A stretch of DNA of 43,774 nt from a virus (taxonomy: Duplodnaviria; Caudoviricetes), in the IMG/VR virus record IMGVR_UViG_3300033067_000634, positions 1 to 43,774 of that record; one strand, given 5' to 3'. The notes beneath the pieces were generated by a model. It was given only the letters and a program-made list of their open reading frames with translations, made no database searches and was not told where the DNA came from. Below, in pieces: positions 36,104-43,773 of the stretch. Each line of letters opens with the position of its first letter. Within the stretch, counting starts at the first letter, position 1. The translations under genes and the position numbers were made by a program.

Positions 36104-36294
36104 GCGTGTTTATTGTATAAATATAAATAAACTTTAATATAGCATTGCCTACAATTAATGCTTAACATTCCGTGTTCTGTTTCCCTGTTATCTTCATTAT
36201 ACTCTGCAAAAGCCCTTAGCCAAGTTGGCTCTTTTGATATAATTGGGAATAAAGATATAGAAGATTTCATATAATCTAACTCATCCATTGTCAT
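36100..36294 (-). CDS. Small CxxC protein
   Basis: LSINCRQC; ATGA-coupled. Confidence 0.55.
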   Translation of the reverse strand: MTMDELDYMKSSISLFPIISKEPTWLRAFAEYNEDNRETEHGMLSINCRQCYIKVYLYLYNKHA

Positions 36295-36908
36295 ATCGTA
36301 GGCGTTAAAAGTTTATACGGTTGCGGTGCACGGTAGTTCGGGTTATATGACCTTACTCCTGACTTATGTAAGTGGTACGTCTTAATTGTTTTAGATGGGT
36401 TGATAACATTATACCCAGCTCTGTAAAACCTTTCAGCTATTGCGTTATCGCACCCGGGTATGCCCATATTGAAATTGCCCTGAACATTCTTTGGTTTGCC
36501 TTTAAATATCCAACAGTCCTGAGAATCCCAGCGGTTCAGGAAGTGAATAGAATCCTTTTCGACCTCCCAGCGTGTCAGCGCAAAGCATAGCGGTCTAGTA
36601 TGCTGATAGTCGTGAATCTTTGCTATTGTTTCGTCAAAGTAAATATCTGAGTTAGCTATTATATTCCAGTCCTCATCACTACTGAATGATCGGATAGCCT
36701 CAAAGAATGTGTTATAGCTTGGTCGGGCTTTGTAAACTAACTCTGTTACCTTTTCGTTTTCAAGTAATGGTGATTCTATTGTCCCGTCCGTTAACGCGTA
36801 AACCTTATCAATCGCCTCACAGTTTATGTTCATGAGCAAAGCATCGTCCAACTCCTTCTGACGGATAGGTGACTTGTCGATGTAGTATGATATAAACAAG
36901 TTAATCAT
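36291..36908 (-). CDS. Glycosyltransferase-like protein
   Basis: IIANSDIYFD, ALTRW, SQDCWIF and GCDN motifs. Confidence 0.65.
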   Translation of the reverse strand: MINLFISYYIDKSPIRQKELDDALLMNINCEAIDKVYALTDGTIESPLLENEKVTELVYKARPSYNTFFEAIRSFSSDEDWNIIANSDIYFDETIAKIHDYQHTRPLCFALTRWEVEKDSIHFLNRWDSQDCWIFKGKPKNVQGNFNMGIPGCDNAIAERFYRAGYNVINPSKTIKTYHLHKSGVRSYNPNYRAPQPYKLLTPTI

Positions 36909-36987
36909 TTTTTCTTAAAATCTTTTAGCCATTCTATAAAGCACTCAATGACCTGCTTTGTGCTTGCCTTTGATTTTCTTCTTTTTC

Positions 36988-37614
36988 TCATACGTCTAAT
37001 TTCTGCGGCAAATGACACACGTAATACTCCGGTGTCCGTATCTTTACCTTATTGTTATATCGCAATAGTTGTTGTACCAAATTACCGTCATCAGTACCGT
37101 ATTGATTAGCTACTCCATTCCACTCAACAGCTAAACTCCTTTTGTGGCAAATGTTTGACGTACCGTTTTGAAATCGTTGGTTAATAAGTATGTGTCTTTC
37201 AATTAACCTGCCTGTCTTATCAAGTATCTTATCGTTAAACCAAACCCAATCCGGATGCCGGTGTTCAATAAGTTCATGGTTAATGATGCTTAAATGATTC
37301 TCGCCCCATTTATCGTCAGCGTCCAAGTAAACAATATACTCGCCCTTAGATCGCTTAATCCCTTCTTGCCTTGGTTTGCCTGACCATAACTTCTGCTTTT
37401 GTATAAGAACGCAATCAACTTTTAAATTGTCTTTGTAGAACCTTTCTATCAGTTCGTAGGTCTTTTCGCAACCGTCAGCTACTACCATTATTTCGTAGTC
37501 ATCAAACGTGCCAGCTATAACTGAATCAACAGCACGTATTAACTTCTTTTCCCTATCCTTTGCCGCGTATTGATATTCACCCAAAAATGAGGGGATAATT
37601 ACCGAAAACCTCAT
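36988..37614 (-). CDS. Glycosyltransferase family 2
   Basis: FSVIIP, VVADG and GEYIVYLDADD motifs. Confidence 0.85.
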   Translation of the reverse strand: MRFSVIIPSFLGEYQYAAKDREKKLIRAVDSVIAGTFDDYEIMVVADGCEKTYELIERFYKDNLKVDCVLIQKQKLWSGKPRQEGIKRSKGEYIVYLDADDKWGENHLSIINHELIEHRHPDWVWFNDKILDKTGRLIERHILINQRFQNGTSNICHKRSLAVEWNGVANQYGTDDGNLVQQLLRYNNKVKIRTPEYYVCHLPQKLDV

Positions 37615-37928
37615 TTCTTAAACATCAGATTTTTAACAACCCTACTCCACCATGATTTAGTAACCTCTAGTCCAAGTATTAATTGAACCTTATTAATCAT
37701 TTTCAAGTCCTTTGAAAGCATCTTTATAGTGTCCGGACTTGGTGGGCTTATCTTATGTTTTCTGTGCTTAAAGCAGTAATCCAACCAAACCTTATTCCAC
37801 TTCTTTAGCACCTCGGCTTTCTCTTTTTTGCTTTTACCGTCACACTCGTAGACGTATGAAAAGAATATACGGTTCGCCTCTTTTCCGTGGGTGTCCATTG
37901 ATCTTCGAATGTGTCTTTGTTTTATCAC
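37611..37928 (-). CDS. Hypothetical basic protein
   Basis: Overlap-coupled ORF. Confidence 0.55.
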   Translation of the reverse strand: MIKQRHIRRSMDTHGKEANRIFFSYVYECDGKSKKEKAEVLKKWNKVWLDYCFKHRKHKISPPSPDTIKMLSKDLKMINKVQLILGLEVTKSWWSRVVKNLMFKK

Positions 37929-38197
37929 GTCTTTGCCTTTATTGTGAACTTGGTGGTGTCTGTAATAGTTTTAACCGAAACCTCGCCCGTCATCTCGGTT
38001 CGCGCTAGTTTAGGTCTAACAAACTCCTGTAATGAGTTCCAAAGTTTAATGCGCTCTGTTTCCCCTATTGCTTTTATATCAGCTTCAAGTGTTTCCTCAA
38101 GCAACCCTAAAACAAATTCAATTCGCTCCTTGTGGTCTTTGGTTATTTTGTTAATAGTCCCCTTTTTCCTTCCGCCTGTTTTTATTCCTTTAGCCAT
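37925..38197 (-). CDS. Putative terminase small subunit
   Basis: KTGGRKKGTINK N-terminus and FVRPKL, at the start of the late operon. Confidence 0.6.
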   Translation of the reverse strand: MAKGIKTGGRKKGTINKITKDHKERIEFVLGLLEETLEADIKAIGETERIKLWNSLQEFVRPKLARTEMTGEVSVKTITDTTKFTIKAKT

Positions 38198-38223
38198 TAT
38201 CTATATTGCTCTACTTTAGATGG

Positions 38224-38460
38224 TTAGCTTTTCGCTTCTGTTCTCTCAACCTCTAAGTACTCCGCTGTCATTCTTTGGTACTCCTGAATAGCCGACTTCG
38301 CGTTAAATGTCTCAGGGGTTAATCTGTGGTGTTTCATAAAATTTACAGCACAATGGTCTAGTGTTGCGTTTGGTATGTTAAACCTTAGAGCGTTCATGTA
38401 GCCGAAGAAAACAAGTTTAATGTTTTCGCGTGTGTAAAATTTCTTAATATCCAAGTACAT
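38224..38460 (-). CDS. Hypothetical protein, probably leaderless
   Basis: ATG lies 4 nt after the -7 box. Confidence 0.6.
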   Translation of the reverse strand: MYLDIKKFYTRENIKLVFFGYMNALRFNIPNATLDHCAVNFMKHHRLTPETFNAKSAIQEYQRMTAEYLEVERTEAKS

Positions 38461-38464
38461 GACA

Positions 38465-38507
38465 CAAATTTACTACAATTTGTATTTACTGTATATGTAT
38501 ATATACA
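38465..38507 (-). promoter_or_regulatory. Late-operon promoter with the TGTATATATACA palindrome
   Basis: TAAATTTG at 38465-38472; palindrome at 38496-38507. Confidence 0.7.
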
Positions 38508-38513
38508 ATTGAT

Positions 38514-38975
38514 TTAATAAACCTTAAATACAAACTCGTTGTCTACTCCGTGTTCTGTTGTATTTGGTTTAATTGTGTCGGCTGAAAAGTGGATAGTTTG
38601 TCCACCCACTTCGACCTTCAGGCTTTCCCATATTATATTGCCGTCTTTCATATCTTTTGTTGAGTCTGAGCCGTTTTTAGACGCTGTTGTATAAATCCAC
38701 CATTCACCGGGATATGAGTTGAACTCATAAACAATCTCTGTTGAGTCTGATTTTCCGGCAAAGTTCATTCGCTTATGGATAGTGCTTCCCACCTGTATGC
38801 TAACGTATGGATATTTATAGTTAGAATTGATTGTAACCTTTACTTTGCCAGACTTATGCTGCCCTGAATAGTCGGTTATTGGTTCTGAAGATTGTTTTTT
38901 ACATGCTAATAAGCCAAGTAAGACTATTAACAAAAGTGCTGTTTTTTTCATGTTAGTTGTTTTGGTTAACTTCAA
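38514..38975 (-). CDS. Lipoprotein
   Basis: MKKTALLLIVLLGLLAC-KK signal and lipobox. Confidence 0.75.
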   Translation of the reverse strand: MKLTKTTNMKKTALLLIVLLGLLACKKQSSEPITDYSGQHKSGKVKVTINSNYKYPYVSIQVGSTIHKRMNFAGKSDSTEIVYEFNSYPGEWWIYTTASKNGSDSTKDMKDGNIIWESLKVEVGGQTIHFSADTIKPNTTEHGVDNEFVFKVY

Positions 38976-39183
38976 GGTTTTTTATTCGCTCCTCTTTAAG
39001 TTCGGGTAGTATTTCAAGAATATCAATACCGGCTTCAACCTTTTTAAATAGGGCTTGTATGTCTATTTCTATGGTTTGCAGTGCGTTACCAAGTATGGTA
39101 TTTGCTATGTCTCCTCGGTTCTTTTTTAATTCATCTTGAAACACCTGTTCAATTATTAGCTTGCATTTTTTTACGTCAGTCAT
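38953..39183 (-). CDS. Hypothetical protein
   Basis: Operon-packed ORF. Confidence 0.55.
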   Translation of the reverse strand: MTDVKKCKLIIEQVFQDELKKNRGDIANTILGNALQTIEIDIQALFKKVEAGIDILEILPELKEERIKNLEVNQNN

Positions 39184-39221
39184 TTGTTTTGGGTTATATT
39201 AATTTAATTTGTTAAATATGT

Positions 39222-39488
39222 TTAATCTTGAACGCAGCCAGCCCGACAAAGGTTGTCTATATCAACCTTGCCCTTTGCATTTCCTACTTTTACAAATTCA
39301 TACCCAACAGAAGATATACACCTCCATACACCTTCTTTTGTTATCTTATTCATCGCCCCGTGCTTTTTGCAGTGCGGGGTTGGGCTGCACTCGTTAGTAC
39401 TTTTAACTTCAACTAAGCTAAAGTCTGCTAAATCTAATGGTTTTATTTGCATATTATTTAATGTTATTAATTTGTTAAATATAATCAA
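39222..39488 (-). CDS. Cys/His-rich hypothetical protein
   Basis: PHCKKHGAMNK..WRC..CRAGC. Confidence 0.6.
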   Translation of the reverse strand: MIIFNKLITLNNMQIKPLDLADFSLVEVKSTNECSPTPHCKKHGAMNKITKEGVWRCISSVGYEFVKVGNAKGKVDIDNLCRAGCVQD

Positions 39489-39827
39489 CTAAAGCATATA
39501 GTTAATTCTTAAGGCATCTTTGCCGTAGCTGTCTCCTATCTGAATTAGCGACTCGATAAGTTTCTTTGAGTGTATTACGCTGCATCGGTGAAAACCTCCT
39601 GTTAAAGTCCCAATCTCTGCATCTGTTAACTCAGGGTTCTTTTTAGCTATCAAGTATTGCGCTGTCTGACGGCATTTTACGTACTTCATTTTACGAGTTC
39701 TGCTTTTAACCTTTTCGGGTTCTAAGTTAAAATATTTACACGAGGCTATAAATATCCTTTCGGGGTCTGTTGATTTGGCTATCTGATTAATGTTAATCAG
39801 TCCGGGTATTGCAAAGTAGTTCATCAT
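39489..39827 (-). CDS. DnaA C-terminal-like HTH protein
   Basis: KSRTRK...CRQTAQYL...IG...GGFHRCSVIHS. Confidence 0.75.
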   Translation of the reverse strand: MMNYFAIPGLININQIAKSTDPERIFIASCKYFNLEPEKVKSRTRKMKYVKCRQTAQYLIAKKNPELTDAEIGTLTGGFHRCSVIHSKKLIESLIQIGDSYGKDALRINYML

Positions 39828-39832
39828 GGTTT

Positions 39833-40573
39833 TTAGTTTTTATGTTTAATTGATACTCTTTTTAGTTGCTCGAATTTATATTCAACATATTCCATAACAT
39901 CCATTGTTTTATTGTATCGTTTTATAAATCTATTAGCCTGATTATCAATACCAAACTTTAGATATAGTTTATCAAATTGTCTATAAAATATTTGAAATTG
40001 TGTTGATACTGGTGTTTTTTCTATAATTTCTTCTACTTTTTGTTCTTTTTTTTCAGCTAAAACAGTCTTAATTCCATCTAAAACTACTGGACTAATATCA
40101 GGAACTTTAATTTTATGCTTACTAGCCTCATCTACTCTATGCTGTATTATCTCGTTTTGCCTTTCAATTTCATAAGAAGCAACCCACCCAAGTATAACAC
40201 TAGAATCTAATCTGTCAAAAATAGCCCCATATCTTTGCGCCCTTGCACGATTAAAGGCTAGTTGGATGTCGGCTACCTTTAAGTGACTAAAGTCCGTTAT
40301 AATCAACCTAGACGCGTCTAGTGCCTGTTCTGCTGTCATGGTCTTACCAACATTAAGCATCCTGACAGTATCTGCAACAAGCATTGTAATTAAACCTACC
40401 ACTACTGGATAGCTTTGTTTTGTTACAATTGAAGATAGTGTTGGCTTTTCTTTAGCTAAAGCTATCTGTGACGGGGTCATTGTCCGAGCCATTTCTAAAG
40501 ATTTGGCTAAGGCTTTTTGATAGGCTGTCGATTTCAGAAGTTCTTTGACTTCTCTCACTTGCATTATTTCCAT
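39833..40573 (-). CDS. Replication-associated protein (helicase-loader-like)
   Basis: Follows the initiator; LNVGKTMT...YGAIFDRLD..VILGW pattern. Confidence 0.55.
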   Translation of the reverse strand: MEIMQVREVKELLKSTAYQKALAKSLEMARTMTPSQIALAKEKPTLSSIVTKQSYPVVVGLITMLVADTVRMLNVGKTMTAEQALDASRLIITDFSHLKVADIQLAFNRARAQRYGAIFDRLDSSVILGWVASYEIERQNEIIQHRVDEASKHKIKVPDISPVVLDGIKTVLAEKKEQKVEEIIEKTPVSTQFQIFYRQFDKLYLKFGIDNQANRFIKRYNKTMDVMEYVEYKFEQLKRVSIKHKN

Positions 40574-41162
40574 TGTTTTTAGTTTTTAGTTCAAATATTC
40601 CCTGCCATCCGTTTGCTATTGATTGCTCTAAGATAGCTATTGCAGTTGATTCGCTCCCATTTGAAAGTAATAATAGCTTTTTTTTAAAAGATTCTTTAGA
40701 CGCTTCAATAATAGGTTTTTTTAATTGTTTCCTAAAATCGTAAAATTGACGCAGTTTTTTTTGAAATTCACTTTCTATTATATTTATATCTTTATTTTCA
40801 TTTTCATTTTCCATATGCTTAGCATATGCTTCTACTCTTTTTTTAGGTTGTTTTTTATTACTTTTTGTATGTAAAGCATTGATTCTCCGTGACTCAGAAA
40901 AAGCCTTTCTTTTAATAATCTCCTGCTCAAGTCGAGCGTTTTTATAAAAAATACCGTCTTTTGCAAACTTTGTGCTAACAACTTGCCAAACACTTGCTGA
41001 GCATATGCTTAGCACTTGCTTAGCTTGTGCTTCTGTAAAAGCACCGTTATTAAACTGAAATACTAATAATTCAAAATATGCACCCTTTTGCTCAAAGGTC
41101 ATACCCATTGTACCTCCTAACCAATCACCAGGATAAAATAAAAATGCAGGGTCTTTTGCCAT
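40452..41162 (-). CDS. YdaU/DUF1376-like replication initiator
   Basis: MAKDPAFLFYPGDWL..MTFEQKGAY..LL and C-terminal EQSIANGWQGIF; start set at MAKDP. Confidence 0.75.
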   Translation of the reverse strand: MAKDPAFLFYPGDWLGGTMGMTFEQKGAYFELLVFQFNNGAFTEAQAKQVLSICSASVWQVVSTKFAKDGIFYKNARLEQEIIKRKAFSESRRINALHTKSNKKQPKKRVEAYAKHMENENENKDINIIESEFQKKLRQFYDFRKQLKKPIIEASKESFKKKLLLLSNGSESTAIAILEQSIANGWQGIFELKTKNNGNNASERSQRTSEIDSLSKSLSQIFRNGSDNDPVTDSFS

Positions 41163-41286
41163 GTTACAAAGCACGTACTAAGGAAGTCCCGACCAAACAG
41201 CGATGAGAGGAAACGGGACTAACCTTGTACGATTATCTTAAAATGTTTATAGTTGATTTCATTTCGCTGTTTGGTATTTAATAGAA

Positions 41287-41294
41287 CAAATATA
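41287..41294 (-). promoter_or_regulatory. -7 promoter box of the replication operon
   Basis: TATATTTG. Confidence 0.6.
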
Positions 41295-41358
41295 TGAAAT
41301 TATTCTATACAAAAAATAATATTAGCTGTTTTTTATTAACAAAATATTGTTAGTAAGT

Positions 41359-42222
41359 TTATGCTGCTTTTAACCGTCTAAGGTAATTATCTTGTACTAA
41401 CACACACTGAAGCGGAGTTTTTATCTTACTTATGTGGTTGTGGCTGATATGAGAATATATTTGAGTCGTTTTAATATTGCCGTGTCCGAGTAGCTTTTGT
41501 ATTATTGACAGGTCGATACCACCCTCATGTAGATGTGTTGCGTAACAATGCCTAATGAGGTGTGGGTAAACCCTTTTGTTGATTCCGGCTAACTGCGAAT
41601 ACTTTTGAATGAACTGCGCTATACTTCGCTCTGAATATTGCGGGTCGTTTTGACCGTTAAATAAGAAAAGCTGTGGTCTGTATTGCCTGAAATATAAACG
41701 TAGCAACTGAAGTAAGGTTGGGTCTAGTGATACCTGTCTATCTTTCCCACCCTTTGCATCAATAATATTAATAACCATACGTGAACTATCAATATCTTGT
41801 ATACGCAAGTTTATAACCTCACCAACCCTAATTCCAGTTGAGTACATTAAACAAAGAATTGTTTTGTGTTTCAAGTTTGATGCGCAGTGGATAATACGCC
41901 CCATTTCTTCTACCGACAAAACAATGGGAAGTTTTTGCTTTTTCTTACAATATTGAATGTATCTAAATTTATTTGGCTGTTTTGCTACATAATAATAAAG
42001 CCTTTTGATTGCAGAATGGTAGCCTCTTTGAGTATTATGTTCTTCAAATGAATATAAAAATTCTTTAATATCATACTCAGATATGTGCTTTAAACTATCT
42101 CTTTCCTTAAATCTTGAAAGAAACAAAGTAGCACACGATACATAATTTTTAATTGAGTTATCTCTATACCTTCTACCTCTTAACTCAAACTCAAACTTTT
42201 CGATTAACTTTGATATTTCCAT
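41359..42222 (-). CDS. Tyrosine recombinase, IntI/XerD-related, lacking the integron I2 insertion
   Basis: SAM-like N-terminus, KLPIVLS, and catalytic R (GIRVGE), K (AKGGKDR), HxxR (HLIRH), LGH and Y (TTQIY). Confidence 0.92.
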   Translation of the reverse strand: MEISKLIEKFEFELRGRRYRDNSIKNYVSCATLFLSRFKERDSLKHISEYDIKEFLYSFEEHNTQRGYHSAIKRLYYYVAKQPNKFRYIQYCKKKQKLPIVLSVEEMGRIIHCASNLKHKTILCLMYSTGIRVGEVINLRIQDIDSSRMVINIIDAKGGKDRQVSLDPTLLQLLRLYFRQYRPQLFLFNGQNDPQYSERSIAQFIQKYSQLAGINKRVYPHLIRHCYATHLHEGGIDLSIIQKLLGHGNIKTTQIYSHISHNHISKIKTPLQCVLVQDNYLRRLKAA

Positions 42223-42259
42223 AGATTAAAGTATTAATAGTTAATTAATTAGACTAATT

Positions 42260-42282
42260 GCATTACATATTTTATGTTACCT
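42260..42282 (+). other. attI-like primary site
   Basis: GTTACCTGC at 42276 matches GCAGGTAAC at 43113 but has no hairpin arm before it (TTTTAT-GTT instead of arm-NNNNC-GTT); 54 bp upstream of the integrase ATG. Confidence 0.65.
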
Positions 42283-42289
42283 GCAAGTG

Positions 42290-43015
42290 CTACATTTCGT
42301 TTCCAAAGAGAGTTCCTGCTTGTAATTCTTTTTCTTTTCTTTTTTCTCCCACCTTTTCTAAAATGGTATTTTCTTTTTCTTTGTCAATTTCTGAAATAAT
42401 GCAATCAATATCATTCTGCTTACATACTTTCATAGTCGTTCCGCTTCCTCCAAATGGGTCATAAACTACATTCGGTTTATTGGGTATTGCATCAAGTATG
42501 TTTTGAACTATTCCATCAGGCATTACTGCAATGTGGTTTTGGTCTTTTCTTTGGTGTGTCGGAACTAATCTCCATACATCAGATAAGGAATTTTTATTAA
42601 GCAATTTTACTTTTGGCTTTTTAGTTAGCCAATAAATTCTTTCTGAAAATGGGAAGAAGCGTATTTTATCACAATTTGCACTTTTACCCATATCCCAAGT
42701 AATCTCTTGCTTAATTACAAAATCAGTTTTTAAAAGCCATTCCATCGGGTGTATTGCTTTACCATCTTTAATTCTTACTTTGTGGTTGTAAAACATACTA
42801 CCATTTTCAGAAAGCACTCTGTAACATTCGTTCAATACTTCAATTTGCCATTTTTGATAATCAGGTTCTTTCATATCATTATTTGCATAACTTCCAAATT
42901 GTAATCGGTTACTGTGCATTTTGCCTATATTATAAGGCGGTGAAGTAATAATCAAATCAATACTATTATCTTCAAATCGTTTAAGCGTTTCTTCGCAAGG
43001 TTCTATATAAATCAT
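42290..43015 (-). CDS. N6-A/N4-C DNA methyltransferase (beta class), cassette cargo
   Basis: TSPPY motif IV precedes DPFGGSGTT motif I. Confidence 0.9.
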   Translation of the reverse strand: MIYIEPCEETLKRFEDNSIDLIITSPPYNIGKMHSNRLQFGSYANNDMKEPDYQKWQIEVLNECYRVLSENGSMFYNHKVRIKDGKAIHPMEWLLKTDFVIKQEITWDMGKSANCDKIRFFPFSERIYWLTKKPKVKLLNKNSLSDVWRLVPTHQRKDQNHIAVMPDGIVQNILDAIPNKPNVVYDPFGGSGTTMKVCKQNDIDCIISEIDKEKENTILEKVGEKRKEKELQAGTLFGNEM

Positions 43016-43114
43016 ATTTTTAATTTTTCAAATTAATATTTGCCATCGCACAAAAAAGAAAAGAAAAAGTGTTTGCGTTCCAAATCAAGTTCTGTGGTAA
43101 TAATCCGCACCAGC

Positions 43115-43208
43115 AGGTAACAGCGTATATAAGAAATGGCACATCGGCATTAGTGCTAAATTTCAACATTATGAAAGTGCCACTTCTCATATACGCAAAA
43201 CGTTAGTG
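43115..43208 (+). repeat. attC-like hairpin site E9
   Basis: AGGTAAC-A-GCGTATATAAGAAATGGCAC ... GTGCCACTTCTCATATACGC-AAAAC-GTTAGTG. Confidence 0.85.
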
Positions 43209-43237
43209 GCAATTTAAAAACAAAGCCACCGCACAGT

Positions 43238-43438
43238 TTACTCTTTAATAACTACCTGTCCAACATTTCTAAACATTCCTACATATACATCATACTTATT
43301 CGGTTCATCTGTTTCCGATAGTTCAATGCTTTTACTCATCAAATGTTTAGAAAGTTCTCTCCACATTGCTTTTTCGTTCTTTACAACAATAGTTTTGTTA
43401 ATGTTGTTTCTGCCTAAGTTAATCAGTTGTAATTCCAT
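43238..43438 (-). CDS. Hypothetical protein, cassette cargo
   Basis: 66-aa ORF between GTT 43202 and AAC 43465. Confidence 0.65.
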   Translation of the reverse strand: MELQLINLGRNNINKTIVVKNEKAMWRELSKHLMSKSIELSETDEPNKYDVYVGMFRNVGQVVIKE

Positions 43439-43460
43439 CGCTTTTTGTTTTTAAACAGAC

Positions 43461-43590
43461 CACTAACAAATGCTTGTTGCAAGTGGCAGTCTGTGGTTTA
43501 TATTAAGTTAATTGTTTCAAATAATCTTAGTCGGTTAATGAACATTCGTGCTTTTAATGCCACCTGACAACAAGCATCGGCACGTTAGGT
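43461..43590 (+). repeat. attC-like hairpin site E10
   Basis: CACTAAC-AA-ATGCTTGTTGCAAGTGGCA ... TGCCACCTGACAACAAGCAT-CGGCAC-GTTAGGT. Confidence 0.85.
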
Positions 43591-43611
43591 GCAATGCCGT
43601 GAACATCTCCG

Positions 43612-43773
43612 TCAGAACATTCGCAGTTGACTATTCCAGTCATTAAAACGCTTTTCTTGTTTCTCATAATATTCTTTGTCAATTTCAAATCCTATAAATT
43701 GTTTACCCGCCTTTGCTGCTGCTATTCTTGAACTTCCGCTTCCTACATGGGTATCTAAAATCAAATTTGCCTC
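43612..43773 (-). CDS. C-terminus of a second DNA methyltransferase (truncated by the window end)
   Basis: Hand-translated EANLILDTHVGSGSSRIAA..FIGFEIDKEYY..QLRMF*. Confidence 0.75.
   Translation of the reverse strand, partial: EANLILDTHVGSGSSRIAAAKAGKQFIGFEIDKEYYEKQEKRFNDWNSQLRMF

Noticed and set aside
8371-39492. Numerous short + strand or off-frame ORFs inside structural, lysis and GT genes
   Set aside because: They fully overlap well-supported genes and show no motifs; 27143..27400 was kept only from ATG 27218.
41359-42222. Conventional lysogeny module or IS91-type element
   Set aside because: No CI/Cro pair, host flanks, attL/attR or HUH transposase are visible. An integration role cannot be excluded, but array adjacency fits better.
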